From Camelus ferus (taxonomy: Eukaryota), in contig NC_045700.1 in assembly GCF_009834535.1 (NCBI RefSeq), positions 70,928,001 to 70,992,000 of the forward strand: DNA of 64,000 nt. The letters run 5' to 3'. The notes below the pieces were generated by a model. It did no database searches, was not told the origin of the DNA, and was given only the letters and a program-made list of their open reading frames with translations. Positions within the stretch are counted from its first letter, which is position 1. Each line of letters opens with the position of its first letter. Below, one piece after another: positions 12,447-25,500 of the stretch. The position numbers and the translations under genes were made by a program.

Positions 12447-13503
12447 CTAAAAAAGATCAAAAGAAAGTTATTAATAAAATGTAGTCATATGAGAAAAGTG
12501 ATTCAGAAGAAAAATTGTTTTTTAAAAAACAGTAAGTCAATATCCATTTTATTCTCATCACTATTATACAATTTTAATTTTTCTTTCAATCTTTGAGTCA
12601 TAAATCTCCTTATCCTCATAAACTTCTTATGTTTGGGACAAGATGCATCTTACCCAGAAGCCCTGTAATTTTGGAGGCATAAAGTGCAATCTAATTTTAT
12701 GCCAGAGACTCATTTAGGGCTGCAGTACTCAGTTCAATATAAGAATAGTCTCTGATGATAGTTCTAGATATATTTTTAGCAGCTGGAATATTGAACTGTG
12801 TTCCATAGTGTGTGAGTACAAGGCATATCAAAGTGTGCTTAGAAACTTGATATTTTCTTTTAAATTGTTTTTATTAGTTTGCTTAACAATACTTTCTGAA
12901 TAATTGACCATCTCAGATATCTATTTAATCTAATTTAGTGATTGAGTTAATTAAAATAGCACATCAACTCTATCTTGACAAAAAGTTTAAAGAAGTAACC
13001 TACCATGCCTGCTTGCTCTGAGCACTGGCTCAATTAAGTGTGCTTTTCTTTGGGGTCTGAAACAATTAAACCATCAATTGAAGAGGGGCACTTACTTTGT
13101 GGTTGTGTTTGCAGTTTGAAGCATATAGGAAGTAGCAAGTGGAGGCAGAATGAGAATTTTCATTGGAAAAGATGGAGCTGCACTGTAATTTTTTCATGGT
13201 TATCAAATCCATACTAAGAACCTGACAGGCTACGTAAGGGGTGGTTACAACAGCCTTACCATGTCGGTAAACTGATCCACACAAGTCATCCTAATCAACT
13301 CAGGAGTTGCTGGACTGTGCAGGGTGAAGGTCTTGGTCAGCCCCCTCTCTCTGCGGGCAGCGGCCACTGCATCATATATGGCGAACAACACGGAGGATCC
13401 CATGAACATTCCAGCCTCACCCAACCCCTGCGAAGGAGGGTGAAAGACTGTCAGAAACTCGTGGTTCTTTTAGGACTGATTTGTGTTCATACACATACAT
13501 GCT

Positions 13504-13558
<55 letters not shown>

Positions 13559-16500
13559 ATCTCTCCTGGCTTTATAACCCTCCGAGTGGAATGCATCAGA
13601 ATTACCAGAATCAAATCCCCCTCATGCCCATGCCATGTGTGGGAGTCTTCCTCAGAGTAGCTCAAGAAAATGCCCCAGGACATCAGGATAGCAGCTCCTG
13701 TCCCTGGGCCCACCCCCGCCCACACCCCAGGTAAAGTCCTGGAGACAGAAACCCTCAGTGCCCACTAGGATACTCCAACTTGGGCTCCAGATCATTTGCA
13801 TTTAACTCAAAACCAACAAAACAACCACAATCTTTGTAGCTGAGCTTGAAAGACAGTGAGGTGGTTGGCTCTGGAGGGTGAACTGTTGAAGTTTTCACGT
13901 ATGTTAACTTCCCTGATGTTCCCTGATGTGTGCTGGGTGCTTTTGAATGAACAGTGTTGTGGCATTATATTTTGAACAGTTCAGCAGTGCTCCTTTGTAC
14001 TGCTTTTCCTTCTTTCTTTATTCAGAGTAGTCTGGCTCTTGATCTGGGTCCAGGGCCTTAGTGGAGAGATGGGACAAAGGGCCCACGTAGTTTATGTACT
14101 TGGCTCTCCTAGGCTGGGGTTATCACTAGGTGGAGCTGGTGGAAGGAGGGGTCTCCTCTGAGGAGAGGAGGATTGGGTGAGAGCAGAGAGGTGGCCAGAC
14201 CCCAAGAGGCAGGGTCGTGCCCTGTGTCAGGATAGTCTTTAGAGACTCCCTGGCCAAAGCCTGGTGCAGAAGTGGAGAGAGAAGCCATTCAGACAGGAAA
14301 TCTCACCTTCCTCCCAACCTTGACCTACTCCTAAGAAAGAGAGAAAATTCTCTGAAATCCTGAGGTTCAAGTTGCCATCTGTCTGGGTAGATGTGGCTCA
14401 GAATAGAACTTAAGTTGGAAAAGTTGTGTTGTTATAGAAGCTTTGCCATAAAGTCTTTATGGGCCAGTGAGAGCCCAGCATGGGATCAACACCTCTTGTA
14501 TCAGTGGCCATTAACACCTCAGAATAAATGATCAGTGAGAAACGTGTGTGAAAGTCCATTCTGACTTGGGGATGGTGTGGGGACAGGCAGCATGAGAAAT
14601 AAAGAATTGAGTCCGGAGGACATGGGAAGGTTGCAGAAGAGAAGGCTCTGGGCCAGTGAAATCTGCCTCCAGCTTCATTTTTGTTTCATGATGGCACTCA
14701 GCCTAATGACCCAAGATGTGTGACTCCTCCTTGACCCTTCTTGTTTGATTTAAAGTTGTTTCATAATCTCCCAAGAGTGAAGACCTTACTTGGGCTTCTG
14801 AAGTCAGTGAATGATTGCTTTTCTCTTCTCCTTTTGGGATTTGCAATTCCAAGGAGTAAACAAATTCAGGGGACTATTTCACTATTTCTTAAAGGAGTAG
14901 GTTTTATGGCCTGGATTGTGCCCTTCAAATTCATATGTTGAAGTCCTGGCCCTCAGCACCTCAGAGTGTGACCGTATTTGGAGATAAGGTCTTTAAAGAG
15001 GTAACTGAGTGGAAATGAGGTCTTTAGGGTAGGCTCCAATCCAACATGACCAGTGTCCTTATGAGGAAAAAAATGTTAGGACACACAGAGACATCAGGCT
15101 TGAGCACACACAGGATCACATGGGGACGCGGTGTGACGGTGGCCATCTGCAAGCCAAAGAGAGGCTTCAAAAGAAATGAGGTCTCATCTCAGACTTCCAG
15201 CTTCCAGGACTGTGAGAAAACATATCTCTGCTGTTTAAGCAGCCCCACTGCGGTGTTTTGTTACGGCGGCCCTAGCAGACTAATGCAGACGTCCTGAGCT
15301 CTTACCTTGGATGAATAGATGGCGATGGGATTTCGGGAACGCACCAAAGTGACGTGGAACTCTTCGGGGATTTCAGTGACGGTGGGAATTTTGTAGTCAT
15401 CTGGACTCCGAGAATAAAGCACACCCTCTGGGGAGTATTTCAGTTCTTCTATGGTGTATAGTCCCATGCCTTGGATAAATGCTCCTTCAACCTGCAGGCA
15501 AAAATTTCAGCTGATAAATATATAATATTGGTTGAATAAGTATTCCAGGGCGACTGAAAATGGAGCCTTTTGGGTCCTCCCACCACCCCTGGGTGGATTT
15601 AGAAACTGCCACTTCCAGGCTCACTGCATCTTGAACGCACTCCCCCATCGTGGTGGCTCTGAGGGAGTGTCCCCCGTCTACTCTCTTGCCCTTGCTCTTG
15701 CTTCACTCTCTCTGGCTAGTTTATAAGTACACTGAGGCCTGGCCTTCCCATATTCTGTTCTTAGCATGGTGCCTGGAACATGAATTCTCAATGTCTGTTG
15801 AATTAGATAAAAAAAGAAGATAACATTAAAGAAACATGAACTAGAATAAATGGAGCCAGGAAACTGTATTTATTATAATTTCTAGCTTTCATTACTTTCC
15901 TTTATAAATTACTACAGAGAGTAGATCAATGTTAAACAAGGTGGGCTGGAATATTATTAAATTAAATATTTTTTATTAGAAGCCATGTTGTGTTCTATTT
16001 ATAAACGATTATGCTCTTAGGAAAAAGAGGGTCTCGTTTAAAAAGGGTGTCTACCTAGAGGTTAAAAAAATTGAAGGAGAGTTATAGTTTGCATTTTATT
16101 GAAATATAAAATTAAATAATAAGGCAAACAAATTTAAATGATAAGTTTGGATATTTCCAAATGCTTGTCTGTAAAGGAAAAGATCAAATTGCAAGAGTTC
16201 AGTCTAATCCACTTTTGGTTTTCTTTCCTTTTCCCATGGGACAAATGTAGAATTTTCCTGATCATGACATCTCCTTTTCTGCCTCTGCTTAAACAATAAA
16301 GAGGCAGGAATGAGCTGGGAGGAGGGAAAAGAAGGGGGGAGGGGAGACAGGACCTGGGGCTAGCTGTGGTTCTCAAACCTTACAGGCTTGCGATGAATTT
16401 CAGGGGCAGGTTAAATGTGCAGATTCCAAGTCCCAGCCTAGAAAAGTTATGATGGAGCAAGTCTGGGCCTGGGTGGGCCAGGAATACTCATTTCCAATAA

Positions 16501-19500
16501 ACACTAAAGGTGCTTCTGTTGCAGAATTTGAGGACCACATTTTGAGAAATACCGAGGGGCCCATCTGTTCCTTATAAAGCACATCAAGCTGTCTAGATAG
16601 ACCAGTCTCCTAGGACTTAGGACAGCGGGAGGCCATTGGCACAGGAAAGCACCGCAGGTCTGTTGGGTTGATGCCAAGCTGCTCAGCCAGTCCAGATTGC
16701 TAGTCAGATGTGGACTGAGCACCAGCTGACCCTCTGGCGCTGGTTGTGTAAGTCTGCGATGGGCTGATGCAGCTGGCTGTAGGAACCCACTGTGAGTAAC
16801 AGGCTAGAAAAAGAGCAAAGCTACACTGACAGCTGGAAAAGTTTTAACTCGAAATTTAAAAAGACTTTGGCTGTGTTAATTTTATTTTTTTGTGAGATAA
16901 AAATCAGAAATTCAGTAAGAGGGGAAAAACTGTTTAAACACTTCTTTTTCCCTTGTATTTCTCCACATTGTGGTCTATTTAAATTCAATATTAATATGAA
17001 TATTGTTGTAACTTTGTTACTGTATATTTATATAATGTTCCCTAATTCTGAACATATTAATATTCACTGAAGAAAAATTAGAAAGCACTGAGAATTATAA
17101 AGCAGGATAAATTGCACATATTCCTGCCATGCAAAGACAACTGCTGTTAAATTTTTCTTGCCTCTTCTTCCAATATGTGTGTGTAATATACATTATATAT
17201 TGCAGAATACTTGCACCAGGTGTAAACAGCACTTAGAGGACTCTGGGAAATAACAGTCTGAAGGGAACCCACCGAAAGCCCCCGTGGGGGTGGTTCTGGT
17301 ATCACGCACCTGTCCAATGTCCAGGGCTGGGTTTATGCTGAAAGCAGCATCCATGAAGATATCAGTCCTAAGGAGCTGCACCGAAAGAAAAATATACAAT
17401 GGAAGATATTATTTACTTAAAGTCAACCTTTACTAAAATTACTTATCTGGCCCTGGCTCTTCCACAGGGAAGATCAGCTGGTTTACAGTGTAGAACACAG
17501 TATTTGTGAGGGTGAACACAAATGTCGCTGTTCACCTTATGAGCCCCCGTCAGACAGTCGACTTCAACCTCAGAACAGGCTGCGCCATAAACGTAATACG
17601 GGTAAGCGTCACCTTCCTCCTTCTCCCAGTCCATATTTGTCTGGTAGCCTCTGAGAAGAGAAATCAGGAATGAAAAGAAAAGGCACTTTCCCCACTTGTG
17701 GACTGACTGCCTGCTGTACCCTGGGTCCCTGCACAGAGCACCCACCCCACGGCTGGAGACATTGCTCCGCTTCTCCTGCAGGGGGGCGTGGTGATCAGAA
17801 TCGCAAGAGAACCACCGTGCACAAGGGAAGAAGGCCCACTGGTGTCTGACCCCTGCCCTGCAGCACGCAGTGCCTGGGGTGGGTCAGAGAGTCTGTCGGT
17901 GGCTATGGTGTCCCTCCTGGCTCGTAAACAGCTGTAGCCGCAAGAAGTCCCTGGCCCTCTCCGATCCCTGCCTCCCCACCTGCATGACCCAGGACCGAGG
18001 GTTAGCACCGGCCCAGCGGAGCTGCACTGCTCTCCCGGCATCTCTTCAGACTGGTGAGCCCACACCAGCCCTGCCTAAGCGTAATCTAAACCAAAGTAAA
18101 AACGTCTTTTACTTGAAATATCCAGTAGTTGAGAGACTGATGGATTCTGTGAAGGCTTTTGCAATCTGAAAGAGATGATTGGTTACAAAGAAATGTTAAG
18201 TTTGGGGAAAGTAATGAAAAAGGCCTTCCGTGAGGGGCTTGCCTTCTCTTGTTTGCACCAGGTTCTGCACCCACATTCTCCTCGAGCCAGACTTATGCCT
18301 GTACAAGCCACCGGTCACGCTTTTCAAGCAAGGTGTTTCCAGGCAGCTGCTAGCTGTGCTCTGGGACCCTCTGTTTTTTGAGATTGCAGTATAAAGTTTA
18401 TTATTTTTTTCATCCTTTTTGGTTTTTTAAATTAGAAAACTGGCTAGGCCACATTCATGTACTTATGTACATTAGGTGTGAACACAGGTATGTATAATAT
18501 ATGTATATGCAGATGTATACACACATACGTACGTGTGTATATGCGTGCATGTATATAAGCGTGTATTTTTACCAAATAATTCAATTGGCTTTTCCCCAGA
18601 TAATTCAACTGGCTGTCTCAGTATGTTATGTCAGCTTCCCTGCTGGAGTACACTGGGTAGGGCTGGGAATGATAATACGAATGGTAGTAATAATAATAAC
18701 GATGATAATTATTATTAAAAATGGAGTAATCCTTTGATATCAGGACTGCTATCATCTCCATCAGTCTGGTGAGAAAACCAAGGACCAGAGAGACACAGAG
18801 TGGGTAGTTGTCCCTCAGAGCCAGCAGTGACAGAGCAGGGGCAGCAATGCTAGGGGGCTGTTTTACTTTGGAGCCTGTGCTGTTTTCATGCTCCGTGAGA
18901 AATTAGGCTCTGAAATAAGGCCATGTTCCAATGACCACAGACATCTCTTTTTACTTTTTCGGAAAAAGCAGAAGTAAATGTTGGTAAGTGCTTTGCTTCT
19001 TGAATGGGCACCCTGGATCAGTCCATGCACTCAGGATTTGACCCATCTCAGTGAGTCTGCCTTTCCCTGGCAGGGATGACACTCACCCATTCCTCCCATG
19101 TTCCCTTAGGGTTTTTCCTGATGACCGGCTGAAGACGAGCCATTAGGATTTGGCAGGCATTCTAAAAATAAGTATTTGAAATGACATTAGAAATAAAAAG
19201 CACAGGGGATAGCAAAATGGTAAATATTTAAATCAATTCAAATGTAGACTGCCAGTTTTGTGAATTTGCTTCTTAGTCCTCTGGGCAGTGTTTCTTGTAA
19301 ACTTGAGTAATGAATGGAACCCCTCTGGGGGAAACAAATATCTTTGTGGATCCTGCAGTGTTGGCTTAAAATTATTTTATTATACTATTGTTTAAACACA
19401 TATTAACATAAAGCTAGAGTCTCCTTAGAGTTCCTTTATCGTTGTTTTGTAACTCTAAAGCACAAATAAAATGACAGAACATGCAAATCAATCTATATAG

Positions 19501-22500
19501 CAATAAAATTCAAAGTAACACTGATTTAGTGGATTGATGTTGTTTTTCTGAAACTAAATTGCTGCTTGGAATGTGGGGAACACTACTGAGGCACACACTG
19601 TAGAGTTGGGTGCTTAGTGCATGTCGGCTGATGGATCAATTTTCTCTCTACTCTTCTAATTAAATTGCTGAGGATTTTCATATGCACTTTACCTTGCCAT
19701 CACCTGCTCTTCACTGGGCAAGAAAACATCACTTATGTATCAAGTCCGACTCTACTCTTTTCTTCTTGCCTTGGTCCCAAATGTGGGCAAAGACGTCTCA
19801 TGGCAATACTTCACTTATAAAGTGATGAAAAATGTGCTTGTTTTAATTTTTTAAAGATTATTATTGAAATGAAAATAAAAATTATTGAGGTGAAATCTTA
19901 GACCCTGAGATGACACCTTGCTGACCCCTGGGTGTCAGTGGGCCCCAGTTTGGTTTCCACTCTTAATTCAAATACAAATCTATTTACATGTGTGCCCTTA
20001 GTTATTCGTCTCAGCCCCAGAACACCCCTCACACCCTCTCCTGGTTTCTGTTCCTTCCTTTCTATCATCCCTTCTTTGGGAAATGGCCTCTGGCTTCTCA
20101 TGTATTAGGGAGATCCTTACTTTCATAAATCTGTCTTTGCTGGCTCATTCAGTCTCAATGCTGACTTCATTAAGAGTGCCACATCTAGGCAACCTCAGTC
20201 ACAAGAGTTCCCGCCTGTCCAAAGGTGAGCTGTGGTTCCTGTATGGTGCCCTGACCGCATACTCCTGTGCATAACTTTACACTCAACAGGAAACCCTTTA
20301 AGAGAGTGAGCTATGGCAGAGGACACTTGCCATTATTCTGTGACCTCCTGAGCTCCTCTTTTTGTCTGGAGGATTCTCTCACCTTATATTCCTTGAGAGA
20401 TTCACGCCTCCCCCTAAACAAATGCCAAAAGCTCCAAATGCCAGTTGCTAATTTTTCCAGCTTCCTTTGCATTATAGAAAATTACAAAATACACAGAAGT
20501 AGAGAGAGTAGTGCAATGTTCCCTCTTCTATCCTCATCCAGCATCAGCAGTGAGCATGCACACCCAGCCTCACCCCTCAGCCGCTCTCGCCTCTTCTCCG
20601 GCCTTGCTCCCACAGGGCTTCCCTCCCGGCTGCCGTCAGGACCAGGCTCGGGGACCCCTACTCAGTGCCTCCTCTGATTTTCCTGCTGCCTGAGATAGAC
20701 ACCCCAACACTCACTTTCTCTTTCCACAACTTCCTTTATTTTGATTCATGGCACCTGCCATTGCTTTTCTTTCTTCTTCCTTATTACTATTTAATAATTC
20801 ATTATTTATTGAAGGATTTTAAAGGCCTTTTTTTTCTGGCTTATTATAGGCTAAGGACCCAAAAGGATGAGACTCTACGGTAGCTGGCAAATAGCCCCTC
20901 ATTCCAAATGGAGATGCCCTACCTCCTAGGTAGGTCATGCAGAGAGTGGCCACACGGTCCCTCGCCCACCTCAGTGGTATCAAAGGGTCGACACTGAAGG
21001 GACTGAAAGGCTGGCACCAGGGAGAGGATTTTGTTGGAGAAGGTTGTCGGTGCGCTGGGATCTCCACCTTCTTGGGGAGGAGGGGCAGGGAGAGCTTTCT
21101 GCACCCCAAGCCCGGGGAGAGGCACTTCAAAGTCACTCAGAGAGCTCGATATGGACCCTCTGAGTTGGGGTCCCTGCAGAACGGCGTCTGCCTCTGAACA
21201 CAAGACTACAGGTGGGAGGCTTCCTGAAGCAGCCTGGGGCACTAGAGGGTCGTCTGGAGGGCAGTGCTGTCCTCTCACTGACGGATGATCTTCAAAGGTG
21301 CAGGTGTTCTGGGTAGAATCTATGGTGCAGATGCCACCTAGGGTAATTTTTCCCCCTAATTCATTGAATTCTCTGTATTTAATGGCTCCATTTTAAGACA
21401 AAATTAGGAAGAAAGATGAGATCAAGATGAAGTCAAATTTCTCTGCTTGTTGCTTTCTTTGCTTTGTGGTATCTAATACTTAGTCAATCTCTATTTCTGT
21501 ATAAATGTACTAATGTGTATTGATTTACCTAATCCACTTACTGTTGCTTTTAATTTGAATTTATTCAGGATTTTTCTATCAGGCACTTTTACAGCCATTT
21601 CCCAGATTTACTCCTGTATAAATGACTTGGGATTTTACTCCTGTATAAATGACTTTGGCTCCCAAGGCTGGAGCCACTGTCATCTTTGCAGCCAATGATG
21701 TCTCAGCTTCTGCCATATGGCTCCTTTGAAAATCTGAAATGATAGTTGACTGACAAATAATCTAGAGCCTTGGGAAGCGATAAGCCTCTAAAGTTCTTAG
21801 TAATCAACCCACCATGGAAGCCCACTGCAGAGCTGCAGAAGGTCTGAAGGGCAGTCAGATGACAAACTGTCCTCCTTTCCTCCCAACTGGCTCTCTCTGA
21901 ATCTGCTGGACACAGCTCAGCCCAAACCAGACAATGGAAGCCAGGGAGTGGGAAAGCTCCACTTTGAGATTTCCTACATTTTTAGACTTCAGATAAAGAA
22001 TTTTATTTTGTCTCAAAGGTGGCCTAGCAATATTCGCATTGTCCTAAGTGAAGTTTTCATGTTGTAAGTTGAAATTTACCCACCGACTTTTTAAAACAAT
22101 ATTATTCCTATGTATATTTTTTGGTGTGTGCAACCATCCTTACTATTTCCAATACTTTGTCATCACTCCAAATAGAAACTCTATAACATTAAGAAAATAA
22201 CTCCCATTACCCCGCCTCCCAGCTCCTGGTAACTTCTAATCTTAGATTTTAAAAGGACGCCATGTATCAGGGCTTCCTGCAAGGGGGGAGGTGTCTCAGT
22301 AGAAAGAGGCTGGAGGTAGCCTGGGGCTTGAGGTTGGTCTGAGGCCCCTCACAAGTGGTTAAAGCCATAGGAAAGGCACTGCCCAGGTCAGAGCTGCCCA
22401 GAAGGGACTCTCTAAGGAGCTCACCATGGTATCTGCGAGGGAAGGAGTCAGATGTAACCAGGCCAGATCACACTGATGCCAGCCAAGTGAGACCTATCAT

Positions 22501-25500
22501 GCCTCTGACCTTTGTGCTTGCTCTTCCTTGGACTTTACAAAGATCTGAAATGCGGGCTAGGAAGGTGGGCTTGGGAGGGGAGAAAGTGCAGCGAGGGAAA
22601 TGGAGAGAAGCCAAGCCCACGTGTTTTTCCTACAAGCCTGAGCTGGTGAGTAACAGAGACACTGCAATTTGAAATACATTTTGGAATTTTGGACTGGACA
22701 TTTAAATTACTTAAGTGAGATGGTTTCTGCCAATGAAAGTGACTGATGGATTTTAAGTTATCTTAGAGTGATTAGAAAAACTGGCGTAGATTTCATTGAA
22801 GGGAGGGAAGAAGAAGCCCACAGAGGGAGCTGGACCCACTTGGAGTCTTGGCTCTGCTGGTGGTTAGCTGAGTGTTCTAGAACCAGCTGCTTGACCCCTC
22901 TTGGCATCAGTTTCATGTTCCCCTCCAGACAAGGTCCCCTCTAGCATGGTCATCGGGTGACAAGGAATGAAAGGAAAGTCACCTGCACGGCCCTCCCATA
23001 GATGTCTGTCCCCAGCGACCCGGCCGTGAAGATAGCGTTGGGCACGGTGATGGTGCTCGTCTCAGACAGGTGGATGTACGACTCGGGGATGTTCAGTTCT
23101 CGACTCGCCACCTGCCGGAAGCCCAAGAAAAATATTGATTTCATTGACTCTAATTCTCCCTCCCCACAAGTTAAAAACCTTTTAATTCTTTTTTGAACGG
23201 AGTATAAAACCTGCCTGTCCTATAGTAACAGACATTTAAGAGAGCATCTTGGGTTTTATACGTAGATTTATATGAGTTTGAAGATTTTAATGGCAATGTG
23301 CAGAGGCACATTGTTTTTCAGAGACATATGGCCAATCAGAGAATCTTTCTGTGTTTTCTTTTATATCAGTTTCACAGGAGCCGTGTGGCAGTATGGTGGT
23401 CACATCTAGTTTAGTACGACACATGCAGGCAAGATTGAAGTCCTGTTCTTATTGTTTTATTTTCACCTTCTCCTCGTGGTTTACAGACAATTTAGCAGAT
23501 TTTGTTTCCTTCGTGGGGCATTTTTCAGGCAAAAGGGTTTTACTGTAAAGAAGCATATGAAGAAGCCCCTGTGGATTTTCATGATTTCCTAATTCCAAGC
23601 CCACTATTAAATAATATTCTCTCCTTAAAAAAAAAATCTTCTGTTTCTCACTGAGAGCCAGGCTTTGCCCACCTGTCCCCCTCAGCCTCCATTTTTGATT
23701 CAAATTTCACATTCAACAAATTATTATTGAATATTTTTAAAAAGAGGGAACATTTTCCTATTGCAAAGAATCTCTTGCTGTTTCAACAGTATTAGAAACC
23801 CTTCTTAGAATTAGCACACGTAAGGACCAGTCGTGGAGTTTCGAAGCAGACTGTGAACCCTAAGAACATAATTTCTCATTCTATTAAATATAGTCATTTC
23901 TAATGAAGAGTTTTAATTCACACAGGATTGCTTTGAAAAGTTGCTATAAAACTGAAAAATATTTTATCTTTGAATAGTGAGATCGCATTTTTCAGAAGAC
24001 CCACGAACTTGGTTCGTTAGTATACAGAAAGAATAACACAACGCATCTCCTCAATTCTAATACTCACTTTCCTCGCCTGCGCTGCATTTTTGGGTTTCTG
24101 AAATCAAAATTAGTCTTTCAATTGACCTGCATTTAGTATTATGTTATTTTTCCTGCTCAAAAAGGAAAAAGCCGTTGAACTGGCTGTCTGGTTCTTTACT
24201 CTTCCACAATGGAGGAAATGGACCCAAATCTCACCTGAATCATTTTGGTGTGAAGGCCTTGTCCCAATTCACAGCCACCATGAATCACCAAGACAGACCC
24301 ATCGAGATAGATGTGGACTAGAGCAGCACCCTGGGGGTATAATTGTAACACCAGTTTGGAAACTGCTGTGGCCAAATCTTGCCGCGAGTTTAGCTGAGGT
24401 TACCAGATGAAACAGCTTTGCTTCAATGAGCCAAGCTCTCACTGTTTACACTGGAGAAGAAAGCCATTACAGGTAGCCTCAGATAACCCTTTCAATAAAC
24501 CCCAGACGTGAAAACCACCAATGCAGGGACATGAATTGTCACTCATCTCCACCCCTACAAGTCTCCTGCCTCTGGGAGGCCTTGTGCAGTTGCCTCTCCA
24601 AAGCCCCAATCTGTACAAAACTCTATCATTCTTTCCTTCCGGAAGATGAAAATTAATTTTAAAACAAATGGAACCTGTATAAGTAAATTTCCAGGCACAA
24701 CCTGCCCTGGATACTAAAGGAGCTGGGAGAAACCTGAGCTGTTTTAATAGTTTCCAAATGCTGCTGACCTTCAGAAACATGGTGGGCGAGGGCTGTGGAC
24801 ACCATTCTAGAAATTCCAGTTGAGTAGGTTGGACTTGGAGCTCAAATGCCCATTTTTTTAAACTCCCAGGAGGTTTTGATGACTGGCCAGGTTTGGGATA
24901 TACTGATTCAGTCCAGCTTCTTCACTTTGCACTGCAGGGGAGTAGAAGCCTACCCAGGAGGAGACTTGGCCAAACCCAGGTGCCCGGTTTGCGGTTAAGG
25001 ACCCAAGCCCAGCATCCCCCACACCCACGCCCCACTGCCTCCCTCGAACTAGCTACTGCTGCCCCTCGCGGGCTGGCTGTTCTGATGGAAGAGTCTGCAG
25101 GCCGTGCTGTGGCTCCAGGTTTGGACGACAGCAGGCAGGACACCGGGATACGTCCGGGGCTCTGCAGGCCACTGGGATTTTTCTTTACAGAAATCCCTGT
25201 CATTTGCTCGTGCACTTGGCCCAGCATCCTGCCTTCTACCCCTTGGGACCTCTACCCTCGTGTGGACCCCTGTGCCCTGTCACCACACATTCAAAATGTC
25301 AACTAGCTTAGCTATGCCAGGTCTCCTGGGTCTGCAACTGCATTCTCAGGACCGTCAAGTTCTGTACAGGAACTTTCAAATTTGTGTTTTCACCTCATGA
25401 CAATCTAACAAGAACAACAAATGACCGTGTATCAAGAAGTACTGCCCCGTGCTCTCAGAGCCCACGTCAGATTTTATGACGATGACTATAACCTACTTTG

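Noticed and set aside
822-13734. ORFs with poly-CV or poly-HT tracts (822, 891, 10996, 13317, 13417, 13483)
   Set aside because: Translations of (TG)n/(CA)n microsatellites, not proteins.
20819-21300. GC-rich intronic block with overlapping ORFs on both strands
   Set aside because: No recognisable domain, splice structure or repeat family; the ORF density is explained by GC content.
22992-23006. DIYG instead of the usual DING in exon 28
   Set aside because: Bovine XOR has DIYGQAV as I recall it, so Tyr is tolerated and is not evidence of decay.
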